Source of the DNA: an uncultured Opitutales bacterium | GTDB taxonomy: Bacteria; Verrucomicrobiota; Verrucomicrobiia; Opitutales; UBA2995 | Assembly (NCBI GenBank): GCA_938075565.1 | Contig: CALJGU010000153.1 | Location: 1,890-65,889 of the forward strand | Direction: 5' to 3' | DNA: 64,000 nt | Part shown: piece after piece, positions 16,477 to 26,172 of the stretch | How positions within the stretch are numbered: position 1 is the first letter of the stretch | Layout: each line of letters begins with the position of its first letter | Made by a program: the position numbers and the translations under genes | Notes under the pieces: generated by a model | What the model saw: only the letters and a program-made list of their open reading frames with translations | Database searches by the model: none | Told to the model about the DNA's origin: nothing

Positions 16477-19023
16477 CTACAAGCTATCCAGGTCGCCAAT
16501 GATGTCTCTAGGCTTGGATCCGTTGTCGGGTCCAACAATGCCGCGGGCCTCCATGAGATCCATGATTCGGGCTGCTCGATTGTAGCCAATCTTGAGTCGA
16601 CGTTGTAGCATCGAAGTCGAAGCTCGTCCTGTGGTTCTCAACACATTGATTGCATCTGGAAAGAGATCGTCCTCTTCGTCTTGAAGTTCGCCTACATCCT
16701 CGTCATCCGCCTCAAGATGCTGCTGTACTTCTTCTACGAAACTGGGTTCCCCATTCTGCTTTAGGAAATCTACGATATTATTGATTTCGTCATCCGAAAC
16801 AAAGCAACCTTGGGAACGAATGAGTTTACCCGAACCGTCAGGCAGATTGAAAAGCATGTCACCACGACCGATCAGCTGATCAGCGCCGTTGGCATCGAGA
16901 ATGGTACGACTGTCTACCTTCGAACTAACACGGAATGCGATTCGACAAGGTAAATTGGCCTTAATCAGTCCTGTGATAACATTCACTGAGGGTCGCTGGG
17001 TAGCGATGATCAAGTGGATACCTGCAGCTCGTGCTAACTGAGCCAGGCGAACGACTCCCGCTTCCACATCTTGTGCAGCCACCATCATCAAGTCAGCAAG
17101 CTCATCGATGATACATACGATATAAGGATATTTATCAGGAATTTCGATTTCGGCATCTCTAGGAACTTCTATTTCCGGAGCTTCTGCCTCTGGAATATTG
17201 TCTAAGCCGAGAATGTCGTCGGTTGCCATATCATCCATGGCATCCTGGGCATTGCGATCGGCTTCTTCCTGACGCTTCTGTTTCTGTTTATCGTTAAAGC
17301 CATTAATATTGCGAACGCCCATCTTTGCGAACACCTGGTAGCGTCGTTCCATTTCGCTGATGAGCCACTTAAGAGCTCCCGGAACCTTCTTAGGTTCGGT
17401 TACAACGGGAATTAGCATATGGGGTAGGTCGTTGTAAACCTGCATTTCCACGATCTTGGGATCGACCATGATAAAGCGCACATCCTCCGGACTGGAGTGG
17501 TATAGCAAGGATGCGATGATTGTATTGATACAAACGGTTTTGCCTGCACCAGTCGCACCCGCGACCAAGAGGTGAGGCATTTTGGTGAGATCGGCTATGA
17601 GTGGGCGGCCACTAACCTCCTTACCCAATGCTATCGGAATCTCCGCCTTCGAGTTGGCCCAGTCTTCCGACTCAATAATATCACGAAGATAGACTGACTC
17701 GCTAATCTTGTTGGGCACTTCGATACCTACCGTGCCTTTTCCAGGAACGGGTGCCTGAATCCGAACAGCCATGGCTTTGAGGCCGAGGGCTATGTCATTT
17801 TCTAAGCTCAGGATCTTACCCACCTTCACTCCAGGTGCCGGCAATACTTCATAGCGGGTAATAACGGGGCCCGTGTGAACTTCGCCCATCTTTACCTTCA
17901 CGTTGAAGTTGGCCAAAGTTTGCACCAACGCGGTGGCGGTTTCCTGGTGTTCCGATTCATCCAATGAATCATCCTTTTCAGGCGGTTCCTGCAATAGTCC
18001 CAGATTTGGGAAAATGTAGCTTCCTCTTTTCTTTGGAATTTGTTTCTTCGAGGCCTTACGAGTCGCCTTGCTCGCAACAATCTTAAATTCTGCTTCAGGC
18101 TCGTCCTTCTTGGAGAATCCTTCAATGGGTGACTTGAGAGCCACACTGGGCTTTTCCTCTACCGGCGTGTGTTTATTGGTGACTAGAGGAACGATCTCAT
18201 CTTCCACGTCGTCGAGCTCGATAGGCTCGAGCACGGTTTCCCCCCCGTCTTCTTCATCTTCACGAAGACTGATTTTGCCTTTTGGCTTTTTGGAACCTGT
18301 GTCGGGTTGTTCCAAATCCTTTAACTCCTTGGCTTCTTTCTTTTCCTTCCGCTTTTTACGTCGCTCTGCACGAGCTATCTTACTTTCCGCCCGCCAGGTT
18401 TGTGCTCGCTCCATCATGTTGGAGAGATCGGAGGTAAGTAGAACCATGAGGCTGACCATCACAGTTGCGCCTATTACGATGGAAGTTCCCAGTGGGCCAA
18501 GGGCTGTTCGAAGAAAATTGGTGTAAAGGGTCGTTCCAAAAACTCCGCCAAGACCTTCGGCGTAGCTCCAATCATTATGGATCTGCTCAGTACGTTGTTC
18601 GAAGAAAACTTCTTGGATCATCGAGCCGAGCACCGATATCGAGAATATGTAGGCTGCCATGGCAATCACCTGTGGCCATTTGAACAAGTGAGACCGCTTA
18701 AAGAAGCAAACGTAGCTGATCCAGAACCAGCAAAGCGTTACTATCCACGCGGAAAAGCCAAAGATGACCAGTGTCCAGAATGCAATTTTTTCTCCAACAA
18801 CCCCAACCGCAAATTCCTGTCCGCCATCCACTACAGAATTGGTGGGACCGAAGTCGACCCGCTTGTATGAGCTGTGGTCCAAATCGAATGCAAACAGCGA
18901 AATTAAAAACAAAATCCCTATAACCAGGAAGATGAAGCCGATGACCGGACGTGATTTACCGGTATAGGAACCAAGCGTCTTCTTTTGAGTCGCTTTAGTA
19001 GCCTTTTTCTTGGTGTTCGCCAT
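16477..19023 (-). CDS. ftsK: DNA translocase FtsK
   Basis: N-terminal TMs, GPVITRYE, PHLLVAGATGAGKT, DPKIVE, IIDELADLMM, ARAAGIHLIIATQRPS, gamma domain STSMLQRRLKIGYNRAAR. Confidence 0.97.
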   Translation of the reverse strand: MANTKKKATKATQKKTLGSYTGKSRPVIGFIFLVIGILFLISLFAFDLDHSSYKRVDFGPTNSVVDGGQEFAVGVVGEKIAFWTLVIFGFSAWIVTLCWFWISYVCFFKRSHLFKWPQVIAMAAYIFSISVLGSMIQEVFFEQRTEQIHNDWSYAEGLGGVFGTTLYTNFLRTALGPLGTSIVIGATVMVSLMVLLTSDLSNMMERAQTWRAESKIARAERRKKRKEKKEAKELKDLEQPDTGSKKPKGKISLREDEEDGGETVLEPIELDDVEDEIVPLVTNKHTPVEEKPSVALKSPIEGFSKKDEPEAEFKIVASKATRKASKKQIPKKRGSYIFPNLGLLQEPPEKDDSLDESEHQETATALVQTLANFNVKVKMGEVHTGPVITRYEVLPAPGVKVGKILSLENDIALGLKAMAVRIQAPVPGKGTVGIEVPNKISESVYLRDIIESEDWANSKAEIPIALGKEVSGRPLIADLTKMPHLLVAGATGAGKTVCINTIIASLLYHSSPEDVRFIMVDPKIVEMQVYNDLPHMLIPVVTEPKKVPGALKWLISEMERRYQVFAKMGVRNINGFNDKQKQKRQEEADRNAQDAMDDMATDDILGLDNIPEAEAPEIEVPRDAEIEIPDKYPYIVCIIDELADLMMVAAQDVEAGVVRLAQLARAAGIHLIIATQRPSVNVITGLIKANLPCRIAFRVSSKVDSRTILDANGADQLIGRGDMLFNLPDGSGKLIRSQGCFVSDDEINNIVDFLKQNGEPSFVEEVQQHLEADDEDVGELQDEEDDLFPDAINVLRTTGRASTSMLQRRLKIGYNRAARIMDLMEARGIVGPDNGSKPRDIIGDLDSL

Positions 19024-19315
19024 AGTATTTAAATTCAGCCTAGGGGCGGCAGATTAGGTGACAACAACTTACACCTACTTTGACGCTTGATTAACAAAAA
19101 AATCAAACCTGCTAAGTCGTTGTAGCACAACGATAAGAGAGCAGTCGCAGAATCTCGAAAGTCGGTCGTGGTCAGTCACCGGAAAGAATTGGATGTGTTG
19201 ATGGATGAAATATAATAAATAGGGACCAAATAAAATTGTTTTTGGCTCCTAAAAAAATGTCACCATAGTATCTTTCCAGCGAATGAAAAGTTTCTATTCT
19301 CGTACTTTTTAACCC

Positions 19316-20269
19316 ATGTCTTCTCCAATTTACTTTAAACCCCTCTATATGGAACGCGTCTGGGGAGGCCGAGGCCTCGAAGACAAGCTAGGACGACCTC
19401 TGCCGGCAGACAAAGTCATTGGCGAGAGTTGGGAGGTGGTTGATCGCCCTGAAGCCCAGTCTGTAGTAGCTACCGGTGAGTTTGAAGGGCAGACCATTCG
19501 TGAATTGTTGGAATCGTCTTCTGGAACCGTCATGGGGCCCACCTATGATTCTTCTAAACCTTTCCCCATACTTGTGAAGTGGTTGGATTGTCAGGAGAAA
19601 CTTAGCTTGCAAGTGCACCCACCGTATAAGGTTGCTGAGAAAATCGGAGGTGAACCAAAAACGGAAAATTGGTATATTGCGGATGTAGATGAAGGAGCTG
19701 AGCTTATGGTTGGCCTCAAAGACGGGGTGACTCGCGAGGCGTTCGAAGAGGCTCTGAAAAACAATGCGCTTGAACCCCTGGTGAACAAGGCGACCGTTTC
19801 ACCCGGTGATTCCATTTTCGTTTGGAGCGGACGCATTCATGCGATTGGCGGCGGAAACTTCATTTTAGAAATCCAACAAAATTCAGACACCACTTACCGT
19901 GTGTATGATTGGGGACGCGTAGGTTTAGATGGAAAACCAAGAGATTTGCATGTCGACGAATCGATGAAATCCATCGCTTTCGATGACTACGAGCCTGAGC
20001 CCATTAGGGATACGCAAGCTGGGGACACCATTGCCGACTGTAACGAGTTTCGCATCCGGAAGGAAAATGTTGGTGCCGATAAGACACTGAGTTTCCCCGA
20101 TACCAGCCAACCCGTGCTGCTCAATGTGGTTTCGGGAGAAATTGATATTCAGGGCCAAGATCGCACCCGCTTTAAAAAAGGAGACACGTTATTGTTACCT
20201 TACACTGGAGATTTTGTGGTGACCGGAGTTGGCGATGCAGATTTGTTGATCACGGATCACTTCGCGTGA
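19316..20269 (+). CDS. manA: Class I mannose-6-phosphate isomerase
   Basis: ERVWGG, GESW, FPILVKWLD..EKLSLQVHP, KTENWY, GRIHAIGGG..ILEIQQNSDTTYRVYDW. Confidence 0.92.
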   Translation: MSSPIYFKPLYMERVWGGRGLEDKLGRPLPADKVIGESWEVVDRPEAQSVVATGEFEGQTIRELLESSSGTVMGPTYDSSKPFPILVKWLDCQEKLSLQVHPPYKVAEKIGGEPKTENWYIADVDEGAELMVGLKDGVTREAFEEALKNNALEPLVNKATVSPGDSIFVWSGRIHAIGGGNFILEIQQNSDTTYRVYDWGRVGLDGKPRDLHVDESMKSIAFDDYEPEPIRDTQAGDTIADCNEFRIRKENVGADKTLSFPDTSQPVLLNVVSGEIDIQGQDRTRFKKGDTLLLPYTGDFVVTGVGDADLLITDHFA

Positions 20270-20376
20270 TTTCCAGTAGCAAGCAGCCCGATTTTCCCAA
20301 AAAATGGGTCTGAAATAAGACCGTTAGTATTGCTTGAACTTGTTGCAAGAACCGCTTTCCTTAGCTGGTTCCAATC

Positions 20377-21042
20377 ATGAAAGCAGAGGAAAAAAATCAA
20401 ACATCTGAAAACGAAATTGAAGAGCCGGTAGTTGAGGAAGCCCAAGAGGCGACTGAAAATACAGCTGAAGCCGAAGCTCCTCAAAAGGATGTAGCCGAAG
20501 CAACCGGGGAAGAGGCTTCAACGGACGAAGAGGCTGTGGAGGAGGAAAAGGAGCTTACCGTCGACGAGCTTCTTCAGCAAAGCCACAAAGAAAAAGAGGA
20601 CCTTTATCAAAAGGTACTCCGGGCCGCCGCTGACTTTGAAAACTTTCGCAAACGCAGTCTTCGGGAAAAGGAGGAGCTTCGAAAGTACGCAGTATCTGGA
20701 TTAATCGAAGATCTACTACCTGCATTAGATAATTTAGAACTTGGACTGGCAGCAGCCGACAATCATCAAGAAGCAAAGGCGGTATCCGATGGGTTTCGCA
20801 TGGTCGCCCAGCAGATTACCAGCATTCTCCAGAACAACGGAGTGGAATGCTTAAACCCTGAAGGTGAAGAATTTGATCCCAACTTTCACGAGAGTGTGGG
20901 TTTTCAGCCCAGCGACGAAGTGGAGGATCAAAAGGTAATCCAAGTGCTTCGCAAAGGGTATAGCTTGAATGGGCGTATTCTTCGCGCAGCGAATGTGATT
21001 GTTTCCAGTGGTCCCGCTAGTGAAGAAGAAGGAGAAAGCTGA
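20377..21042 (+). CDS. grpE: Nucleotide exchange factor GrpE
   Basis: [45 protein letters not shown]. Confidence 0.95.
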   Translation: MKAEEKNQTSENEIEEPVVEEAQEATENTAEAEAPQKDVAEATGEEASTDEEAVEEEKELTVDELLQQSHKEKEDLYQKVLRAAADFENFRKRSLREKEELRKYAVSGLIEDLLPALDNLELGLAAADNHQEAKAVSDGFRMVAQQITSILQNNGVECLNPEGEEFDPNFHESVGFQPSDEVEDQKVIQVLRKGYSLNGRILRAANVIVSSGPASEEEGES

Positions 21043-21044
21043 TT

Positions 21045-22202
21045 ATGGCTGATGATTATTATGAGCTACTGGGTGTAAGCAGGGAAGTTTCCGGCGATGA
21101 GCTGAAAAAAGCCTATCGGAAACAAGCGCTTAAGTACCACCCAGACCGCAATCCGGATGATAAGGAAGCGGAAGAACAATTTAAGAAAGTATCGCATGCT
21201 TACGAAGTTCTCAAAGACTCGGAAAAGCGAGCTGCGTATGACCGTTATGGACCTCAAGCCTTCGAAGGAGGTGGCATGGGAGCCGGTGGCGGAGGTGGGT
21301 TTCACGACCCATTCGATATGTTTCGCGACGTCTTTGAAGGCCAAGGCGGCGGCGGTGGTGGCTTTGGTGGTATTTTCGATGAGTTTTTCGGTGGTGGCCG
21401 GAGCAGTGGCCCTGGTGGCGCTCGAGCCGGAGCAAATCTTCAATACGACTTGCAAATCAGCCTGGAAGAAGCCGCCAAAGGGGTGGAAAAGGAAATTACT
21501 TTTCGCCGCGCGGTTGGTTGTGAACAGTGTAACGGCAGTGGTGCCGAAGCTGGCACCAGCAAGAAAACCTGCAATACTTGTGGCGGCGCTGGCCAAGTAA
21601 CCTCATCTCGTGGGTTTTTCCGCGTAAAGCAGGCTTGCCCAACCTGTCATGGCACAGGGTCAATTATTGAGAAACCTTGCTCTCAATGTTCAGGGGAAGG
21701 CCGCGTTATGAAAACTAGCACTTCTCAGGTCAAAGTACCTGCCGGAGTCGACACAGGTTCTCGTTTGCGTCTTTCCGGAATGGGAGAAGCAGGTACTGGT
21801 GGTGGACCCACAGGAGACTTGATTATCGTAATCCATGTTAAGGATCACGATATCTTCGATCGCGATGGAGATGACCTTTATTGCCAAATCCCCATCAAGT
21901 TCACGTTGGCTTCATTGGGTGGCGCTATCGATGTTCCAACTTTGAGTGGAAGAGCCTCGCTCAAGATCCCTGCAGGTACTCAATCGGGCACGACATTCCG
22001 TATGCGGGAAAAGGGAATGACTTCGTTGCGTGGTTATGGAAATGGCGATCAGTACATCACAGTACATGTCGAAGTTCCAAAATCACTGACCGGAAAACAG
22101 AAGTCGCTTTTGGAAGAGTTTGCTAAAGAATCGGGGGACGACCAGAACCCGGTTGGGAAGTCGTTTTTTGATAAAGCAAAACGTTTCTTCGACGACAAGT
22201 AG
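21045..22202 (+). CDS. dnaJ: Molecular chaperone DnaJ
   Basis: J-domain with HPD, G/F-rich region, four CxxCxGxG repeats, C-terminal domain. Confidence 0.98.
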   Translation: MADDYYELLGVSREVSGDELKKAYRKQALKYHPDRNPDDKEAEEQFKKVSHAYEVLKDSEKRAAYDRYGPQAFEGGGMGAGGGGGFHDPFDMFRDVFEGQGGGGGGFGGIFDEFFGGGRSSGPGGARAGANLQYDLQISLEEAAKGVEKEITFRRAVGCEQCNGSGAEAGTSKKTCNTCGGAGQVTSSRGFFRVKQACPTCHGTGSIIEKPCSQCSGEGRVMKTSTSQVKVPAGVDTGSRLRLSGMGEAGTGGGPTGDLIIVIHVKDHDIFDRDGDDLYCQIPIKFTLASLGGAIDVPTLSGRASLKIPAGTQSGTTFRMREKGMTSLRGYGNGDQYITVHVEVPKSLTGKQKSLLEEFAKESGDDQNPVGKSFFDKAKRFFDDK

Positions 22203-22234
22203 ATAGAAGGGATCTGAGTTTCTCACCACGAGTC

Positions 22235-23137
22235 ATGCCGCTGTTTCAAGTGTCCATACCCATTACCGGTGATCAGGTTGATTCACTGGAGGAATTGCTT
22301 TTCGAAGTAGATGACGGCCATTGGAATATCTTTCTGGACCAGGACACACAGGTAGGAACAGCTTCCGGAGTATACGAGAGTGAGAAAGATGCGCAGACGA
22401 CATGGCAGGTCATTGCGCCCTTCTTTGAAGAAGTGTTAGGTTCACTGGAGCCTCGTTTCGAAGAGCTTCCTGATAAAGAATGGAAGGACAGTTACAAAGA
22501 TCACTTCAAGCCATGGAGTTTCGAGGGGTTGCACTGGGTGCCTGTTTGGGAACAGGAAACTTATAAGGTACCTGCGGGTGATGCCGTGGTTTTGTTGGAT
22601 CCGGGAATGGCCTTCGGGACCGGCAACCATGAAACTACCCGTTTGTGCATTGAGGCCCTCATTGATTTTCTTAAACAACCAGGACTCGAGGAAACTCCTC
22701 TTGAAGAATTGACCTGTTGCGATGCGGGTTGCGGTTCCGGAATTCTAGCGATCTCGGCCAAAAAACTGGGAATAGGATCCGTATTCGGTTTCGATAACGA
22801 TCCGGATGCTGTCCGTATCAGCCACGAGAATACGGAGCTAAATCAATTGGTAGGGGAGTTAGATTTTATCCAAGGCGATTTAGATAGCGGTTTTCAAAAT
22901 CAATCCTACGACCTTGTGTTTGCGAACATCCTTGGAGTTGTGCTCATGCAATTTCCCGAACAGCTACTGAATTCAGTAAAGCCTGGAGGACGGCTCATCT
23001 TAAGCGGCATATTGAAAGTCGAAGTGCAACAAGTTGAATACGTATTCCAAAAGCAAATGGAGAATATGGGGCAAACAGGAAGTATTCGCCTTCATCACCT
23101 TGGCGAATGGTCGGACGTTGTTATCGACCTGAAATGA
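22235..23137 (+). CDS. prmA: Ribosomal protein L11 methyltransferase
   Basis: LDPGMAFGTGNHETT, DAGCGSGILAI, FDND, ANIL, LILSGIL; follows dnaJ. Confidence 0.93.
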   Translation: MPLFQVSIPITGDQVDSLEELLFEVDDGHWNIFLDQDTQVGTASGVYESEKDAQTTWQVIAPFFEEVLGSLEPRFEELPDKEWKDSYKDHFKPWSFEGLHWVPVWEQETYKVPAGDAVVLLDPGMAFGTGNHETTRLCIEALIDFLKQPGLEETPLEELTCCDAGCGSGILAISAKKLGIGSVFGFDNDPDAVRISHENTELNQLVGELDFIQGDLDSGFQNQSYDLVFANILGVVLMQFPEQLLNSVKPGGRLILSGILKVEVQQVEYVFQKQMENMGQTGSIRLHHLGEWSDVVIDLK

Positions 23138-23138
23138 T

Positions 23139-23570
23139 CTAAGCCTTCGGCCTTGGTTCAGCGAGGAAGCCCTCTACGATTACATTGACCTCACCCAGGT
23201 TTTCGATTCCCAAGTCGTGTCGAATGGCATGGGTGATTTTCCGCTGAAGCTCATTCGAAATGTCCTGCAGTCGTGTTTTAACGCGCAGCTTCAACCGTAC
23301 CTTGATGTGGATCAGGCTCTTAATCTTACGGATATCACTTCGTGCTTTTCCAACTTCGACGAACTGCTCGCAGGTGCGCTGAACAATTTCCTGAATGGCA
23401 TTGCGAGAAATCTCCACCTTTCCGTCCTGGTTGTTGAAAACCAGAAGGTTCTTCTTCCCCAATTTTAGAAATAGAACCACCAGAACCACAAAAATGATGG
23501 CTAGGGGAATGAGGACCATGAGGGTGAGCTGCAACGGCTCAGCGCCAAATTTGTCTAGGGTGCTTTCCAT
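23139..23570 (-). CDS. Membrane-anchored Asp23-like/AmaP-like protein
   Basis: Single TM, then GKVEISRNAIQEIV ... LQDISNELQRKI...LGI...VNVIV, which resembles the alkaline-shock anchor AmaP. Confidence 0.6.
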   Translation of the reverse strand: MESTLDKFGAEPLQLTLMVLIPLAIIFVVLVVLFLKLGKKNLLVFNNQDGKVEISRNAIQEIVQRTCEQFVEVGKARSDIRKIKSLIHIKVRLKLRVKTRLQDISNELQRKITHAIRHDLGIENLGEVNVIVEGFLAEPRPKA

Positions 23571-23624
23571 ATAAGTTGATATTAGAGAATGCGGCTAGTG
23601 TGGGTGTATTTGATGGGGCTGTCG

Positions 23625-23656
23625 AAAAAAAACGCGGACCCGTAGGACCGCGTTTT
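23625..23656 (-). terminator. Intrinsic terminator after accB-accC-asp23
   Basis: mRNA sense AAAACGCGG-U-CC-UACG-GG-U-CCGCG-UUUUUUUU. Confidence 0.8.
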
Positions 23657-23674
23657 GCAAAGTTATCAGTAAAT

Positions 23675-24109
23675 TTACTCTACTTCCTGTAGATCGGAGG
23701 TTCCGTCCTCATCTCTACCGTCAGGTGATTTGACGCCATCGATAACGACATCCACACGCTCAACCAATTTACCGGTCATGTTTTCAACACGGTCTTTAAC
23801 GGCAATCTGCACGTCAAAGGCACATTTTGCCAGTTCGACGCCGTAGTTGAGGATGAGGCGAATTTCGATGACGTAGTTGCTCTGCTCGCTCTCTGTAACA
23901 CGCACTCCTTTTTCTTCCTTTTTGGAGAACATATCGGCGATGCCTTCTACAAAGCTGCCAGCTACGGCGTAAACGCCTCCGTTTTCGAGTGCGGCCAAGC
24001 GAACGATGCTCGCTACAACCGAGTGATTGATTTTTATGTCCCCTAAAGAGTTGGAGTCTTCCGTTGAAATGGAGGGAATTTGTTGGGTATCAGATTTGTC
24101 GCTGTCCAT
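23675..24109 (-). CDS. Asp23/Gls24 (YqhY) family protein
   Basis: LGDIKINHSVVASIV..AA...GV, KGVRV, YG..LAKCAFDVQ..VK..VENMTG..VERVDVVIDGV. Confidence 0.92.
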   Translation of the reverse strand: MDSDKSDTQQIPSISTEDSNSLGDIKINHSVVASIVRLAALENGGVYAVAGSFVEGIADMFSKKEEKGVRVTESEQSNYVIEIRLILNYGVELAKCAFDVQIAVKDRVENMTGKLVERVDVVIDGVKSPDGRDEDGTSDLQEVE

Positions 24110-24111
24110 GA

Positions 24112-25497
24112 TTATTCTATGTTATGATTAGACTGCAGTAAGGTATCCATGTTTGCGCGTTCGACAAATTCTTCGATAAACTTGGTCGTCGCTTTACCAT
24201 TTCTAAACACAGGATCCTGCATAATTGCTTTAGAAAACGGAATCGTCGTTTTGATCCCGCTTATAATAAATTCTCCTAAGGCCCGATACATGCGGTCCAT
24301 GGCGATTTCTCGGTTTCTGCCATAGGTAATTAGCTTCCCAATCATGCTATCATAATAGGGAGGGATTTGGTAACCACCGTAGACATGTGAATCCACGCGT
24401 ACGCCGTGCCCTCCGGGGGGATAGTAAAGATCGATCGTTCCTGGGCAGGGCGCAAAGTTTCTCATTGGATCTTCCGCATTGATGCGGCACTCAATCGCAT
24501 GACGATTGATGACGATCTCATCCTGAGTGAAGCGCAGTTTTTGCCCATCCGTGATGCGGATTTGCTCTTTGATCAAATCAGTATCCGTAATCTCTTCAGT
24601 TACCGGGTGCTCAACCTGTATACGGGTGTTCATCTCGATGAAGTAGAAATTTCCATCTTCATCGACTAGGAACTCAATCGTACCGGCATTGGTATATCCT
24701 ACTGACTTGGCCGCTTGGATAGCAGCGTTCCCCATTTTCTCCCGCAATTCGTCTGTGAGGAAGGGTGAAGGTGCTTCTTCGATGAGTTTTTGGTGCCGGC
24801 GTTGTACCGAGCAATCCCTCTCACCAAGGTGAACCACATTGCCGTGGTTGTCGGCAAGGATCTGGAACTCAATATGACGAGGATTGTTGATAAACTTTTC
24901 TAAGTAGACGTCGCCGTCTCCAAAGGCTTTTTCGGCCTCTGCTTTTGCCACTTCAAATTCTTTGTGGAAGGCTGCGCTGTTGTGAGCCACTCGCATTCCT
25001 TTTCCGCCGCCACCTGAAACTGCCTTGATGAGTACGGGGTAACCGATGGATTCGGCCACTTTGACGGCTTCTTCAGTTGTCGGGATGACTCCGTCACTTC
25101 CGGGAACGGTAGGTATGCCTGCTTTCCGGGCCGTTTCGATTGCCAGGGCTTTGTCGCCCATATTGCGGATGATTTCCGAGCTCGGGCCGATAAATTTAAT
25201 TTTGCAGCTTTCACATTGCTCTACGAATTCAGCTTTCTCCGAAAGAAAGCCGTAGCCAGGGTGGATGGCATCCACATCTGAAATCTCAGCTGCGCTGATG
25301 ATGCGATCTGCTTTGAGATAGCTTTCACTGGGTGATGCCGGTCCGATGCAGATAGCTTCGTCGGCCAGCTGGACATGCAGTGACTGCTCATCAGCTTCCG
25401 AATAAACGGCTAGCGTCTTAATACCTAGCTCTCGGCAAGCGCGAACGATGCGAAGAGCAATTTCGCCACGATTGGCGATGAGAATTTTACTGATCAT
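24112..25497 (-). CDS. accC: Acetyl-CoA carboxylase biotin carboxylase
   Basis: [60 protein letters not shown]. Confidence 0.98.
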   Translation of the reverse strand: MISKILIANRGEIALRIVRACRELGIKTLAVYSEADEQSLHVQLADEAICIGPASPSESYLKADRIISAAEISDVDAIHPGYGFLSEKAEFVEQCESCKIKFIGPSSEIIRNMGDKALAIETARKAGIPTVPGSDGVIPTTEEAVKVAESIGYPVLIKAVSGGGGKGMRVAHNSAAFHKEFEVAKAEAEKAFGDGDVYLEKFINNPRHIEFQILADNHGNVVHLGERDCSVQRRHQKLIEEAPSPFLTDELREKMGNAAIQAAKSVGYTNAGTIEFLVDEDGNFYFIEMNTRIQVEHPVTEEITDTDLIKEQIRITDGQKLRFTQDEIVINRHAIECRINAEDPMRNFAPCPGTIDLYYPPGGHGVRVDSHVYGGYQIPPYYDSMIGKLITYGRNREIAMDRMYRALGEFIISGIKTTIPFSKAIMQDPVFRNGKATTKFIEEFVERANMDTLLQSNHNIE

Positions 25498-25509
25498 AGA
25501 TGTAATCCC

Positions 25510-25977
25510 TTAGGATTTAACCTTAAACAGTGGCTGACCGTACTCCACGGCGTCTCCGTTTTCTACAAGGATTTCTTTGATCGACCCAGAGAGTTCGGCC
25601 GGGATTTCATTCATGACCTTCATGGCTTCGATGATACAAACCGTGGTGTCCTTGTTTATTGAATCTCCAACGCTTACAAAGGCTGGGCTGTCCGGGGAAG
25701 AAGCTGTGTAAAAGGTGCCAACCATGGGTGACTTGATCACAACGACACCTTTCTCCTCTACTTCGCCTGCCGCAGCCTCAGCTGGTGCCGGAGCTGCTGG
25801 TGGAGGTGTGTAGGCCGGAACAGGAGCTGCATAAGCAGGCATGGCCGCTGCACCGTTGCCCTGGTTTTCATCACTTCGACAGATTCGTAGCTTCAAGTCT
25901 TTTTCCTCAATCTCAAACTCAGTGAGCGAGGACTTTTTCATGATGTCGATGATCTGTTTTATTTGTTTTAAGTCCAA
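25510..25977 (-). CDS. accB: Biotin carboxyl carrier protein
   Basis: [40 protein letters not shown] start. Confidence 0.97.
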   Translation of the reverse strand: MDLKQIKQIIDIMKKSSLTEFEIEEKDLKLRICRSDENQGNGAAAMPAYAAPVPAYTPPPAAPAPAEAAAGEVEEKGVVVIKSPMVGTFYTASSPDSPAFVSVGDSINKDTTVCIIEAMKVMNEIPAELSGSIKEILVENGDAVEYGQPLFKVKS

Positions 25978-26172
25978 ATTTATACGTGGTTTAGGTTGAA
26001 TTACCCAGTCGGTGCTAGGCTCTTATCCTGGTCAGTAGGTTGGTTATTTATTAGCGAGAATAGGTATTCTGTATAAGTTATCAGCCAGCTTTATTAGATT
26101 TGCTGCAAATATCCACAAAAATCAGGTCCCAGATTTTTTTGGCGTTTTGAGTATTAGGGCCCAGATTCAGAC

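Noticed and set aside
23625-23656. Similarity of the acc terminator stem (CGCGG.CC...GG.CCGCG) to trp terminator T1 as a repeat family
   Set aside because: Short GC stems with A/T tails converge easily, and the loops differ.
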